Translations under genes and position numbers: made by a program
Assembly: GCF_001447785.1 (NCBI RefSeq)
Contig: NW_015159727.1
Location: 553,060-614,425 of the forward strand
Length of the DNA: 61,366 nt
From: Gekko japonicus
Taxonomy: Eukaryota
Direction of reading: 5' to 3'
Notes under the pieces: generated by a model
What the model saw: the letters and a program-made list of their open reading frames with translations, nothing else
Database searches by the model: none
What the model was told of the DNA's origin: nothing
Shown: positions 34,668-47,311 of the stretch, one piece after another
How the letters are laid out: the number at the start of each line of letters is the position of its first letter
Position numbering within the stretch: position 1 is the first letter of the stretch

Positions 34668-35590
34668 TCGGAGGTGTGCATTTTGATATATCCAGTCTGA
34701 ATATATATCAGAAAAATAGCCTATCAGTATTTTCCAGATATATTCAGGTTTCTGAATGGTATTCAGGATTTTCCATGCGTCTGTGTTTTCCCAGGCTTGA
34801 TATTGGCTTGCCATGTTGGTTTTGCTTTGAGTCTGTCCTTTGAAATTGGTTTTATTGTTCTAGCAACATTGCATTCTTTGTGCATGTTGGTTTGTGTCAG
34901 GTTTGTGGTTTGTGGTGGATTCTCAGGTTTGACATTGCCTTTGATTCTCAGGTTGTACATTAGGACAGATTCTCTGAGTTTACATTTGTTAGGGTTGCAA
35001 CAGCATTCCTATTCGGTTTGGCTTGGATGATTCTTGGTTTGACATTGGGTTGCATTCCTGGGTTCTACATTTGTTGTACGAGGCCTGCCACATTGTGCTG
35101 CAGATCTGCCAAGATTTCCCGGAATTGCATTGGTTCTTCAGACACTGGTGCTGCCTGCATTGAGATGCTTTTGACCAGGGGTTACTTCGCTTACTCTTAT
35201 GACTCTGACTATTCTTCACCCTGGAGAAAGCATGGAATCCCTCCTCTCCCTAGCAAGCAATGGGAAATGGCTGGGCTTCCCACTTTGGGAGCCCAGAAAA
35301 TTGTAGCTCTTGGTCCAATTCACTTGAACTGTGGGGTTATTTAAAGGACAGGCTCCAGCAATTCCATGGCAATTTTAGTGCAATTTGGTCAAAACTACTT
35401 CTCCAGTCCTTTGGAAAGTTTCCCCATAGGGAATAATGGAGCCAAATAATATTGGAATCCCTCCAAAAAACCTGGACCCAAATACCAAATCAGGAACTGG
35501 AATGTGGAAAACTGGAAATATCAATATTTTTTGTCTCCCTGATATCCAGATCCAAAAACATGCTGATTTTTATTGAGCTGCACATCTCTA
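34668..35590. mobile_element. Possible hAT non-autonomous element
   Basis: Ends GGAGGTGTGCA ... TGCACATCTCTA, similar to the TIR of 46233-47187; no TSD seen. Confidence 0.45.
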
Positions 35591-37479
35591 ATTAGATATG
35601 ATTGTAGCGGTTTCCACAATTCCTTCTTCCCTCTGTAGATCCCCACTAGGCTTTTCCTGAGGGTCCATCCTCTCTTTCTCTGGCTGAGTGGGGGCAGGCT
35701 GGAGCACATGAACCAGGGCTTAGGAGAACCCCCTCCCAAAGGTGCTGGTTACTCAATAAGGGTGAGCACTATCACAAAAAAAGCTCTGCATTAGATATTC
35801 TATTTCTAAGTTTCACAAGGGTTTTACATATCATAGAATGCTGAAACACCTAATACAGAATTAGGAAGGCAGAGGAAAATATAAATCTGGAAAACAGAAG
35901 CCATAGGAAAAAGCAAGGCTGTGATTTCACCGTTGGGTTTCATCCCCTGCCCGCCCAGGGCACCTGTAGCTGAGCTGTGGCCTCAACAGATTGGGTCTTG
36001 GTTGACTGTCCATGCCTTTGCCTTGAAAGCAATCACACTGAACTGATTGCTCTTTGCTAACTTCCTTATTCAAGTCCTTTTCCAGCCAAGGTCTTCAGGG
36101 TAGTTAGGCCACTCCTTTTCCCTGACCACCTATCCAGCCCTGCCTTGCTCACACCAGTCGGTCCACCTTCATACCTTTTCCTCACATGTACTGCTGGTAT
36201 CCTGTGTTGCCCATCTCTGTGTCCGCCCTTAAATCCTCCCCCAGCTTAGGGCCCACAGCTGCAGAGTCAGCCCAGAGTCCCCATCTTCCATGTGCTCAGC
36301 TCCTCCATCCTAGAGGCACATCTTCCCTGGACAATGCAGCACCAGCTCCTGTACCTTGGTAGTGCATCCGTGCCACACCATCCATTGACCACTGGAAACC
36401 ATACTCAGTCCCCTTCCTTTGTAGTTTTCATTAGGTTATTGATCCTTTTCCCCTCTCTACAACAACAAGTATGAGTAACTTCTTTTGTGTTTTAAGAGGA
36501 GAAATTATATTTAGGAAACCTGATCCTGCAGCTTTTGGTTGCAATGGTCCAAGGGTAGATTTAGTTACCTTGTTGCTAACATGCCATTCAGTGTTAGGCA
36601 TTCAGAGCTCTACCTCGTTTGCTTTTAAAAGCTCTAAAAAATAAATTCCTGTGTTCTTTTGCTACTCCCAGCTAGGTGGGGATGTGCTCCGACAGCCCTT
36701 TAAGATGCCACTGAGTACCTTTGTAAAAACCTATGAGGTGTACAACTACTCATGCAAATATCTTGACAGGAAACTGCAGTGATGATGTACATTCTGTATA
36801 TGCATAAGTGCCTTATTATTAGCCACCAAAGTGGATATTATTGCAGGCTCAGATGCTTGGAACACCATGACCATATTAAATACCCCCTTTGGAAATGCAG
36901 TCCCAAATGTTATTAGACAGTGTCTATAATGCTCCCCAATACTTGCATCATCTTGGATGATTTCCACACAAGTGCAAACCTCCACTTCAGCATACTAAAA
37001 TATTCAAAGTTTGTAAATTTTTTGCACAACTTTTTGCCTCCCCAGGAGTACATCCAAACTGAGTACCCCGTTACCACAGTTTTCTGAATCCACTTTTTCC
37101 ATGATTTTTTTCTTTGGATCTGAACTTGCAATTTCCCAGTTTTGAATTCCCCACTGCCCTTTTGTGTCATCGGCGTTGCATTATAACCCCTCTCCTACCC
37201 CCCTCAGGTTGTCCCCTGACCAATCTGCTAATTTTTTTAAATGTAATGTTGATTGCATTAAAACATTTTTTTTTTCATTATAATATAGCAACGTTATAAC
37301 ATTGGGACAAAATGGGTAGTCAGGTTTCATGTAGGCTTCTGCATGCATTTACTCATCCATGAAGTTCCTTCCTTTTCTTTTCTTTTCTTTTCTTTCTTTT
37401 TCTTTTTAAATGGGTAGATTTTGACACCATCTGCTTGTGTTGCTTCTTCATCCCCCCTTCTCTTCCTTTATGTGTGTTT

Positions 37480-38870
37480 TCTTTTTTTACAATGTTATGT
37501 TACAACATTACTGCATATATTTTAAAAAAGGTTCTGTACATGATGATACATTTAGCGTGCTTCATAAGTATTGAATAATGCTGTTATCAGTTGGTGTATC
37601 CAGTTCGACGATCACCAGCCATTTTCTTAGTTGGCAACTAAGGAGGAGCAGGTGACCTTTGAAATGGTGGCAACCCTGCTGTTCCCCATGATACATCCAG
37701 CCTTTTTTTTTTACAGTGTTATGATGCTATAAGGTTACTGCACATGCGCAAAAAAGAGGTTCTTTCACTGACGAAGTACATGACAACACATTTATCATGC
37801 TTCATAATTAGTGAATAACACTGTTATGAACTGTTTTAACCACTTCAATGATCACAAATGGAATGCTATTTTTATTTGGATTTTGTGGGAATCTCTGCCA
37901 TCCATTTCCTTAGTTGGCAACTAAGGATGAGCAGGGGACCTTGGAAATTGCGGCAAACATGCTGTTTCTCACTATACATCCAGCCTTTTTAAAACAATGT
38001 TATGATATTATAGCATCACTGCATATGCCAACAAAAGGAGGTTCCATCACTGACAAAGTACATGACAACACATTTTGCATGCTTCATAAGTATTGAATAA
38101 CAGTGTTAATGGATTGGTGTACCCAGTTCAACAATTGCCAGCCATTTTCTTAGTTGGTGACTAAAGAGGAGTGGGGGACCTTTGAAAACGCAGCAACCAT
38201 GCTGTTCCCCACAGTACATCCAGTCTTTTTTTACAGTGTTATAATGCTATAACATTACTGCACATACAGGGTCAGGTCACACGGACATTTAGTGCGGGCT
38301 TCGCTGCTGATCCCTCACGCTTTACAGTTTCCTGTTCATATAGGCAAACCCGCCTCCTGCACCAAAGCGGGCTGAGTCCCGCAGTTTCCGCTGTTTTTAT
38401 CCACGTTTCCTGACACCCGTTGGAACAGGTGTTTTCCCAATATCTTGCGCTTTGTATCCGTGGTTTTGGTATCTGGACAGCAATCCGCCGTGACCGCGCT
38501 ACCCTCCCATTCCCTTTTTGTGTGTGTGTGCGTTTCCAGTTTAAGTTATGCGCATGTGCAAACAGGCACTAGCTTTTATTTTGGTCTTTTTTAGTTTGTA
38601 TGTACGCCCAAGCGCATGGGAAGACAAGCGCACGCACAGGTTGTTTTTTTAAAAAAAACCACGCCACCACGGGGACGGCGCGCTGTGTGATCAGTACTTC
38701 GTGCGAGTGAAGCGGAAGACCAAGGGACCGTCTGACCACCTCCAAGCAATATAAAATGTCGCGGATAAAAGAACTGCGGGAAAACTAGCGTGGTAAGAGG
38801 TCCGTGTGACTGCGGCCACACACAAAAAAAGGAGGTTCTGTTGCTGATAAAGCACATGATGACACAGCCA
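37480..38870. repeat. Degenerate tandem array of ~230-280-bp units (about 3.3 copies)
   Basis: ttacagtgttat...tactgcacat...ggttc...gcttcataa.ta.tgaataa...ttagttggcaactaagga.gagcagg...atacatccagcc repeats at ~37488, 37711, 37990 and 38231. Confidence 0.85.
38269..38817 (-). mobile_element. Harbinger-type MITE, internally deleted version of 8622-10206
   Basis: 3-bp TSD ACA (38266-38268 and 38818-38820). Reverse complement joins 8622-~9010 to ~10060-10206. Confidence 0.85.
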
Positions 38871-40140
38871 CACAATCCCTTTTCAAAGGAAGTGCAGAAC
38901 ACATGGGGAGGGTCAGTTCTGAATTCAAGAAAAAAATCCCCCAAAATAAATGCTCTTTTGGGGAAGGGGTGCTGCCAAGTTGGAGCATCAGCTGGGGATT
39001 CTACTCGTTGCGAAACAGTGGCAATACTGAGGTGCAGAAAAGGTCTTTCTCTAAGGATAGCCAGAGAACCAAAGAGTTACGTGCTTCAGTGAATTATTTC
39101 ACATGAATGTGAAAGTGAATTATTACATCTTCTTGCTCCAAAGAAACCAAGTAACTTCCTTCCTTGGACATGGCTAGTCCAGTTAAGGTTTTTTTTGGGG
39201 GGGGGTTTAATTGTTTAATCCTATTTTCTGGCCCCATTTTTAAACCCATCTTATTCATGTAGGTTTCCATTCATCTGAGCACACAGTTCCTTCTTCAATG
39301 GCCAATTCTGACCAAATGCATTTTTAGTATTTTAGTTATAAGAAAAAGTAACTTAATATCCTCATAACCCAAACCCTCTGTTAAATAAATTACTTCCTAC
39401 CCAGAATGATTCCTGATGAAAGAGAGCAGGGAAAATTTTTGCAGTGCTGGTGCTGATCTCAAGAAAGCTAAAGAACACTTTACTTATAAAATCAAGTTTC
39501 CCACAAAGTTTCTTCATTTGGGTGGGGAGCACCCATTGTGACACATGCATACAAAAGAAGACATTAAACCTTAAGTAAAGTTGTCTAACAAAATTTGGGT
39601 TTTGGAACAACTCACTGCACGTTCTCAGTAGTAGTAATAACAGTTCAAACAAGCAAAAACCAACAAGTATGACACAAAAAGATAGATAAAATATATAAAA
39701 CAATATAATATACTAAAAAGTTTCACAATCTCTATATATAATAATTGTCTTTTGGTGGTGGCATGTTGCTGAACATTCCACACGCTCCCAAATCAGTAGG
39801 CTCCCTGATGTGTCACTCAGAAGCTGTCCCTATCCACTGGCTGCGTTGCCTGAGTCCCACCTCCAGCATTCTAAACAGTTTGCTGTTCCTCTCCCACATA
39901 GCCTGTCGGAACACAGAGGTCATTTGCATATGTGGCCTGATTGGCCTTTGCCTCTAACATTCTAAACAGTTTGCTGCTGCTTGTTGGAGTCACTGAATGT
40001 GTCCTGAGGTAAAATACATATCCCAATTTTCACTTAAACAGTCACTGGAGTTGCCAGTCTCCCTGTGGGGCTTGGATATCTCCCAGAAATCACCACGTTC
40101 CCCAGCCACAGCACATCATTTCCCCTACAGAAAATTTCCC

Positions 40141-41623
40141 AGCTATTAGAACTGATCTCCAGATGACTGAGATCAGTTCTCCTGGAGACAATGGCTACTT
40201 TGGGCAGTGGAGTCTATGGCAATATAACACCCCCAGCCCTGCCCTCCCCAGGCTCTACCCCTCAAATCTGCAGGTATTTCCCAACCCAAAGTTCGCAACC
40301 ATGTAATTGGCTATGGAACCACTTTCCAGACCCTTGGAACCCAGAAAACATGGTATAGGAGGAGGTGCTTTTTTACCTTAACTGCCACTGCTTAGCCCCA
40401 AATTAACATAAGACAACCTCAAGGTGGCACCTGGAGATCTCCAGCTATTACAACTGATCTCCAGATGACCGAGAGCAGTTCTCCTGGAGACAATGGCTCC
40501 TTTGGGCAGTGGACTCTATGGCGTTATACCTTGCTGGGGTCCCTCTGCACCCCAAATCCTGCCCTCCCCAGGCTCTACCCCGCAAATCTACAGGTATTTC
40601 CCAACCCAGAGTTTGCAGCCATGTATTTGGCTGTGGAACCACTTTCCAGACCCTTGGAACCCAAAAAACCTGGCACAGAAGGAGGTGCTTTTCTACCTTA
40701 GCTGCCACTACATAGCCCCAGATAAACATAAGCCAACCTTCAGGTGGCACCTGAAAATCTCCAGCTATTAAAACTGATGTCCATATGACCAAGATCAGTT
40801 CTTCTGGAGACAATGGCTCCTTTGGGCAGTGGACTCTATGGCATTATACCCTGCTGAGGTCCCTCTGCACCCCAAACCCTGCCCTCCCCAGGCTCTGCCC
40901 CTCAAATCTACAGGTATTTCCCAACCCAGAGTTGGCAACCATGTAATTGGCTATGCCATGTTTCCTGGGTTCCAAGGGTCGGGAAAGTGGTTCCATAGCC
41001 ATTTACAGGGTTGCCAACTCTGGGTTGGGAAATGTTGTGTCTTTACCATTAACATGTAATGTTAAACTTAAAACCTCAGCCGGATTCTAATCTGGAACAA
41101 CACCATTGGCTGAAGCATGTACAGTAACCAATGAAATGTAAGAGTCTGTGCTGGAGGGAAGACAAATGATTGGTCGTTATCCATATAATGTGATTGGATG
41201 TTAACTGTGTGAGGGCGTGGCTACCCCAGCCCGGGAGAGTTTAAAAGGAGCTATGCTCCACTGTTGTTTGTTGTGTGTCGTCTGATGCTGTGTGATCTTT
41301 GGAAGTTCTCGTTCTCAATAAAGCTGAATCACTTGTTACTTACTTCGTTGTTGAGTTGCATACTTAACAGGAAATACCTGTAGATTTGAGGGGTAGAGCT
41401 GGGGGAGGGCAGGGTTTGGAGTGGTGAAGGCCCTCAGTATGATATAATGCCATAGAGTCCACTGGCCAAAGTAGCCATTTTCTCCAGGAGAACTGATCTT
41501 GGTCATCTGGAGATCAGTTGTAGTAGCTATAGGTCTCCAGATGCCACCTGGAGGTTTGCTTATGTTGATTTGGGGCTATGCAGTGGCAGCTAAGTTAGAA
41601 AAGCACCTCCTCCTATGCCATGT
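40141..41623. repeat. Tandem (~2.6 x 300-320 bp) plus inverted duplication of a MITE-containing unit
   Basis: Units start at 40141, 40443 and 40763; an inverted copy runs 40951-41623. Confidence 0.9.
41033..41369 (+). mobile_element. Solo LTR (337 bp)
   Basis: TGTT...AACA termini; 5-bp TSD GGAAA (41028-41032 and 41370-41374); CCAAT/ATTGG boxes, TTTAAAA and AATAAA. Confidence 0.9.
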
Positions 41624-41659
41624 CCAGCAGGACATGGGTGTCATATGAGAGTGCATTCC

Positions 41660-42200
41660 ACAACTTCCCCGTTGATAGTTAACTGAGCCATCCTGGGGCC
41701 AGGCACTTGCAAAAGGCCCCTAGATGATGACCAAAGGGAGCATAGGGGTTTGTAACAGCAGGGGCAGTCCCATAGGTATGAAAGTCCCTGACCATTAAGG
41801 ACTTTAAAGGTTAACACTAATACCTTGAATTGGATCCAGAGACTAATTAGAAGACAGTGCAGCTGCCACAGAATTGCAGTAGTATGAGCTGACCATGATG
41901 TTTCAGTCAACAACCTTGCAGCTGCATTCTGGACCACCTGCAGTCTCCAAAGGATTTTCAAGGGTAGCCCTATGTAGAGCGAATTACAGTAGTCCAATCT
42001 GGAGGTGACAATTGCATTGATCTATGTGACAAGGTCTGACCCAGACAAATAAGGAGCCAGCTGGCAGGCCTGGCCTAGGTGAAAAAAAGCTAACCATACT
42101 ACCATGGAGACTTGTTTATGCAATGATAGTGCAGAATCCAATCCAGAAACCACACCCTGAGACTCTTTACAGAGTCTACAGAGTCAACCGGACACTAGCT
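41660..42200 (-). mobile_element. L2 LINE fragment
   Basis: LDYCNSLYIGLPLKILWRLQVVQNAAARLL...IQFKVLVLTFK. Confidence 0.9.
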
Positions 42201-42744
42201 TGTTATTGGATTATTCATATGGGCAAAGCCAAATAGTGGTGTGTTTTTTTTAATGGGCTGTGAGACTTAATAGATATCCTTTCAAGCTCCTCAAACACAG
42301 GCCATAGAGCCTGCACAGGAGCAGCAATCCTTATTAAAGGCAGCATTCTAGGCCTATTAAATTATACTCAGAATCCCATTTTTTGGGTCCCAAAACAACC
42401 AGACTGTCTAAGCAGGCACATGCATCCCATAAAGACTGACTAAACTTGGATCACACTCTCATCCAAACACAAGCTGGTTGCCAAGTATGTAAAAAAAGTA
42501 CATCTAAAAATTTCTCTGACAAAGGCATCCAAGGAGGACCACAAGGCTGCAGCTGTAACTGGTGCAAGTACATTATGTTCACCTTCCTCTTCTCTCCTTA
42601 ATCAAAGCAATACAGAGTGTTGATAATGAGGAAAAGGTTGTACATGCAGTGAAAGGCAGTAGCTGTAAAAAGAGTAGGCAGAAGATGCAGGATACCTGAG
42701 AATAACACACAGAGAGAATTGGAGTATCTAATTTATTTTTTTGT

Positions 42745-42930
42745 TTGTTTCTTTTATTTATACCTCACTTTTCATCCCAATGGTGACCCAAAGTGGCTTG
42801 CAACATTCTCCCCTTGTCCAATTTATCATCACAACAGCCCTGAGAGTGTGTGACTAGTCCAAAATCACCTGGCAAGTTTCCATGACAGAGTCAGAATTCA
42901 AACCTGGGTTTTCCAGATCCTAGCCCACAT
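42745..42930 (-). mobile_element. MIR/CORE-like SINE
   Basis: cacaacagccctg...gtgtgactagtccaaaatcacc...ttcaaacctgggttttccagatcctag. Confidence 0.7.
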
Positions 42931-44121
42931 TCCGCTAGGGATGGTTACGAACCAGCTCATGGACTACAGTTTATGATGAACATTGGCCAGTTTGTAGTTC
43001 ACAAAATTAAGATCATGGTGATAGTGACACCACAAACTTTCACAAACTTTTAGCAATGTTCATGGCGGTTTGTGAATGGAGAGAGACTGGCGCCGATCAA
43101 TCGCTTACGAAACTCCACGGCAATAGCCTTGGAAACACCAATAGGAGCCCTCCAAAGCTTAACAGACATTGCCAGATACCATTAACAAAGTTGTCATTCT
43201 GCTCTAAGGGCTGAGAATGCTATATATTCAGTCAGCTCCCCTCCCACTTTTTCATGTGTTGGCTGGGGAAAGAGAGTCACAGAGCTTGTCAAAAGCAGAG
43301 CAAATCCACTGCTTTCTGCTTGTGATCTGCTCTCTGCTGCTGGGGGTTGGGTAGATGGACTCAGGGCTCTGTACCACCCAGTCTCTCTGCTCATGCTTAA
43401 TTACTGGGGCTTAATTACTGGGTGCCTCAGCAGTGAGGACCCATATTTCATACCCCCACCCCTCCTGATTGTCATCTGCTCTCTGCTGCCAGGGTTTGGG
43501 TAGATTCAGGGCTCTGAGCCACACAGTTTCTCTGCTCATGACAAACACAGGGGTTTAGCTGGTGGGTTAATCGAATGAGGGCCCACATTTATATACCCTC
43601 CCAGGGCTTGGATGACTGGGGTAGTCTCAGGGCTCTGAGCCACCCAGTCTCTCTGTTCATGCTGAGCACAGGGGCTTAGCTGAGGGTCCACATTTATACC
43701 TACCCAGTGATTCTGAAGACCATGAGAGTGAAAGTGGGTGGGTGCTTATCATGGGAGGGGGGAAGCCTGCATACCAGGAGCCCCAGTACCCAGGCAACAA
43801 ACTGAGCCGCCGCCACCCCAAGCCCTGCCCCAGCAAGGCATTACCAGGGAACTCAGAGCCTCCTTCCCCTGCTCTGTCCATGGGGCTCTCCCAAGAGGCA
43901 AAAGTTTTTAGCCCTTCCCAGAGACCAGCAGTTGCTAAGAGTCTTTGCAGAGGACTCTGACAGCACTGGTTTAGAGAGTGAGGGGGAAGCATCCTCCCCT
44001 TCCACATCCCAACTCCCTGCTGCTCCTGCTACCATGTGTACAACCCCCTCTGGCACCTCCCAGGCCAGGCTAAAAAGTAGCCGTGCTTAATCTCACCTGC
44101 TGCAAGCATAAAGTCCCATCT

Positions 44122-44230
44122 CAGGCCACCCTGTGGAAACATTTCCATACTCTCCCCAGTGACCCCTGTGTGGCGGAGTGCCAGGTGTTCCATGCCATCT
44201 CCAGAGGGATACAAACCCCCAACACCTGTC
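44122..44230 (+). pseudogene. BED zinc-finger remnant of a hAT transposase
   Basis: QATLWKHFHTLPSDPCVAECQVFHAISRG; a second partial copy QATIWKHF at 47567. Confidence 0.65.
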
Positions 44231-45571
44231 TTCCATTGTTCCCCACAGGCACTCGCAAAGGGAGCACCCCACTTTGTTGCTGCTGGAGGAAGGAGTGGTG
44301 GGCCTGTACAAGCAAGCACCTTTTTGACTACCCCTTTCCATTGCATTGTACATTTCACAGTCACAACAGATGCTCTCTTATCTGTACAATGTGTTCCACT
44401 AATGGTGAAGAATGAGAAATTTCACATAGAGGTGGGCTGTGACCAGAGGATCCATGAGTTTGGGCCTGAGGGGGCCTAGGAGCATTGTGGGCATGCTTCC
44501 CTTCCATGTGGTGTCTGGCTGGGGTGCCCACCAAGTAGCCGTGGGGTTATTTTGGGGAGCCTCGGTAGAAAGTCTGGGGATGTCTGCCTTTCTGTCTTTC
44601 CTTTAAGTACTGTCTGAATATTTCAGCTGGGGGGGGGAGGCTCTCAGTGTTGTGGGCACTGTTCTTTCCTTGTGGTATCTGGCTGGGGTACCCACCAAAC
44701 TGCCATGGGGAGCCCCTGTTGAAACTCTGGGGATGCCTGGTCTGCCTTTCTGTCTGTCCTTCATAACCTGTCTTTTTAGACTTGAGGGGTGGCCCTGCCA
44801 GCTTCATGTTTATGTTTATCCTCAGAGTAGATGAATTCACCCTGATGCAGAGTAGAATAACACAGACCCTTTAGTGGTTATGCTCTGCACAAGTGTGTTT
44901 AATCCTTTGCTGGAGGGTGCCTCCGACGAGGGCCCACACTTATTATACTCTCCCAGCTGCCGTGGGGTACCTTGGGAAGCCTGAAAGTCTGTGGATGTCT
45001 GCCTTTCTGTCTATCCTCCAAGTACTGACTGTGTATTTCAGCATGGGTGTGTGGGGGGGAGTGGCTGTGAGCATTTGGGTTTCCAGTGGACTTAGGGCCA
45101 TGGTTTCCAGGCCACTCTCCGAGAGGTCATTCTCCTGGGGCATATGGCAGTGCTATCCAAAAGGGCTCAGGGGGGGGGCCTCAGAAGCTGTCACTCACTC
45201 ACCTCATTGAGGAGATGATTGCTGTGCATGACCAACCTCAGGGCTTCGAGCCACCATGTCTACATGTGTCGTTGCATGCTAGATCAGGTTTGGGTTTCAG
45301 GTGGTCTCAGGGCTTTGAGCCACTATGTCTACTTATGTCATTGCACCCTTTCAGGTTTGGATCTCAGCTGGACCCAGGGCTTTGAGTCACCATGTCTACA
45401 TACATCATTGCACCCTTTTGGGTTGAGGTCTCAGATGGTCTCAGGTCTTCAGGCCACTACATCTACATATGCCATTGCACTTTTTTAGATTTGAGTCTCA
45501 GCTGGTCCCAGGCTTTGAGCCACTATATCTGCATACATCATAGCATCTTTTTGGGTTTGGGTGTCAGCCAG

Positions 45572-47311
45572 TGTGACAGACTGTCAAGGGTGCCTCACAG
45601 ACTCTTTGAGAGACAGGCTGTTCAAACATATTTCTGTGGACAGGGTCAGAAGAAATGACAGTTGGGAACTGACAATTGAAGAAGTTCAGCACTGACTAAG
45701 GTCTGGGAAGGAGGCAAAGAGGAGTGAGAGGATCAGGGAAGATCCCCATTCAAGCCAAAATGGGTCAGAGCTTCTAGTGAAGAGAATAAACCTTGCCCAG
45801 TGAAAAGGGAGATAACTCTTAAAAGAGGAGTGATCCCTGATCTGTTTATATAGAAGGATTTGGGGGATTTGGTTGTAAGTTCCTGCCTTTTAAAGTGAAG
45901 TGTCAGTGAAACTCAGTAACCTATGCTTGTGTGTTAAAGCAGAAACTGAAAAGAAAGCCTCTCTCCTCAAAGTTTCAAAGACCTTGTGGAAAAGCAAAAA
46001 CACTTACATGTTGGCAACGTATTATCTGGATTTAGTGTGATTACAAATTTGTCTCTGTTTTTATCATTAGTTCACCTCATGCATCCTATTTTGGGTGTTG
46101 TTTTTTTGAACTTTCAAAAAAAATCTCATGTGCCATTATAGAAGTAGAATATAGGCAGGTGATTTTGTCTCTTTCCTCAAGTCCCTGGGCTGGATCAGGA
46201 TCAAAATGTATAATAACTTGACAGAGTGGGACTAGGGGTGTGCAAAAAAAACCCCAAAACACAAATTTGGCTCAATTCAGTTCTGCTGAATTGGGCCCAA
46301 ACTGATTCGGCTTGCTGAATGACCCCCAAATGCCACATTCAGCAATTAAACCCGATTTGGGGCTCCTTTGGCCAGCCGAATCAGATTCGGCCACGGGCAC
46401 CCGGGCAAGCCTTCCCTCCAAGGGGAGGGCTTGCCCGGACTCCCTGCAATGAAGGGAGTGTGCCGCTTTTGCAGCACGACTAGAGGTTTAAAGATTAAAT
46501 CCCGCCCACCAGTTGCGCCGCAGAGGCGGCACGCTCCCTTCATTGAAAGGAAGGCAATTTGTGTTCCCTTCAGTGAAGGGAGCCTGCTGCCCTCCCTGGC
46601 CTGTTCGCTAAAGTGGGCGAGCAGGAGAAGGCTTCCAGAGTCACCACCGCCACCCTTTCCTGGCCCGCTCGGTTTAGCAGGCGACACAGAGAAGGCTCCC
46701 AGAGAGGCCCCTGGCCTTTTCTGGCCCGCTTGATGAGGTGGGTGAGCCAGGAATAGCCCAGGAGGGAACAGGGAGACATTTAAATGTCTCCCCATGGCTT
46801 CTCCAGGCCGCCTGCTTTAGTGGGCAACCTGGAGAAGGCTCCCAGAGGGGGGCCCTGGCCTTTCCTGGCCCTCTTGCTAAGGCGGGCGAGCCAAGAAGGG
46901 CCCGGGAGTGAGCAGGGAGACATTTAAATGTCTACCCATGGCTTCTCCCAGAGACCCCCATCATTCCTGGCTCACCGCCAAGGCGGGGGAGCCAGGGAGG
47001 GAGTGGGGATTAAATGCCTCCCTGTGCTTTACCCGGGGGCGGGGGCAGTTTTCGGCCAGCAGCAGCTTTCAGCCACAGGCTGAATCAGATTAGAGAATCT
47101 GATTCCGCCTGTGTCTGCCCAAAGGGGGGCCGAATGGGCCGTTTTTGGGGGTGCATTTGGTTCGGATGAACCGAATGCACATCCCTAAGTGGGACAGCCA
47201 TAGACCAACAAATAAGAAGAAAATAGATTTAGGGGCTGCTCAACAAGCAAGAAAGAAGAAACAAAGGGAAAATCCGGTGTGTGAGGGAGAAAAGAGGGCA
47301 ATATTTCCATA
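45572..47311 (+). mobile_element. Solo LTR-like element, interrupted by a hAT MITE
   Basis: Starts TGTGACAG; near-TSD GCCAG/GCTAG within a minisatellite unit; 3' part resembles 49020-49485. Confidence 0.6.
46233..47187. mobile_element. hAT non-autonomous element (955 bp)
   Basis: Perfect 8-bp TSD AGTGGGAC; TIR TAGGGGTGTGCA / TGCACATCCCTA; CCGAA/TTCGG subterminal repeats. Confidence 0.92.

Noticed and set aside
39405-39545. CTGATGA..GAAA motif and the peptide FCSAGADLKK (crotonase-like)
   Set aside because: No helices to support a ribozyme; the peptide match is short, bounded by stops and lacks a good exon structure.
45238-45571. Regular repeats reminiscent of a CRISPR array
   Set aside because: Eukaryotic context, contiguous units and no unique spacers; it is a minisatellite.
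46346-46795. GC-rich ORFs here and at 28382-29025 and 51211-51644
   Set aside because: Stop-poor interiors of MITEs; no recognisable domains.
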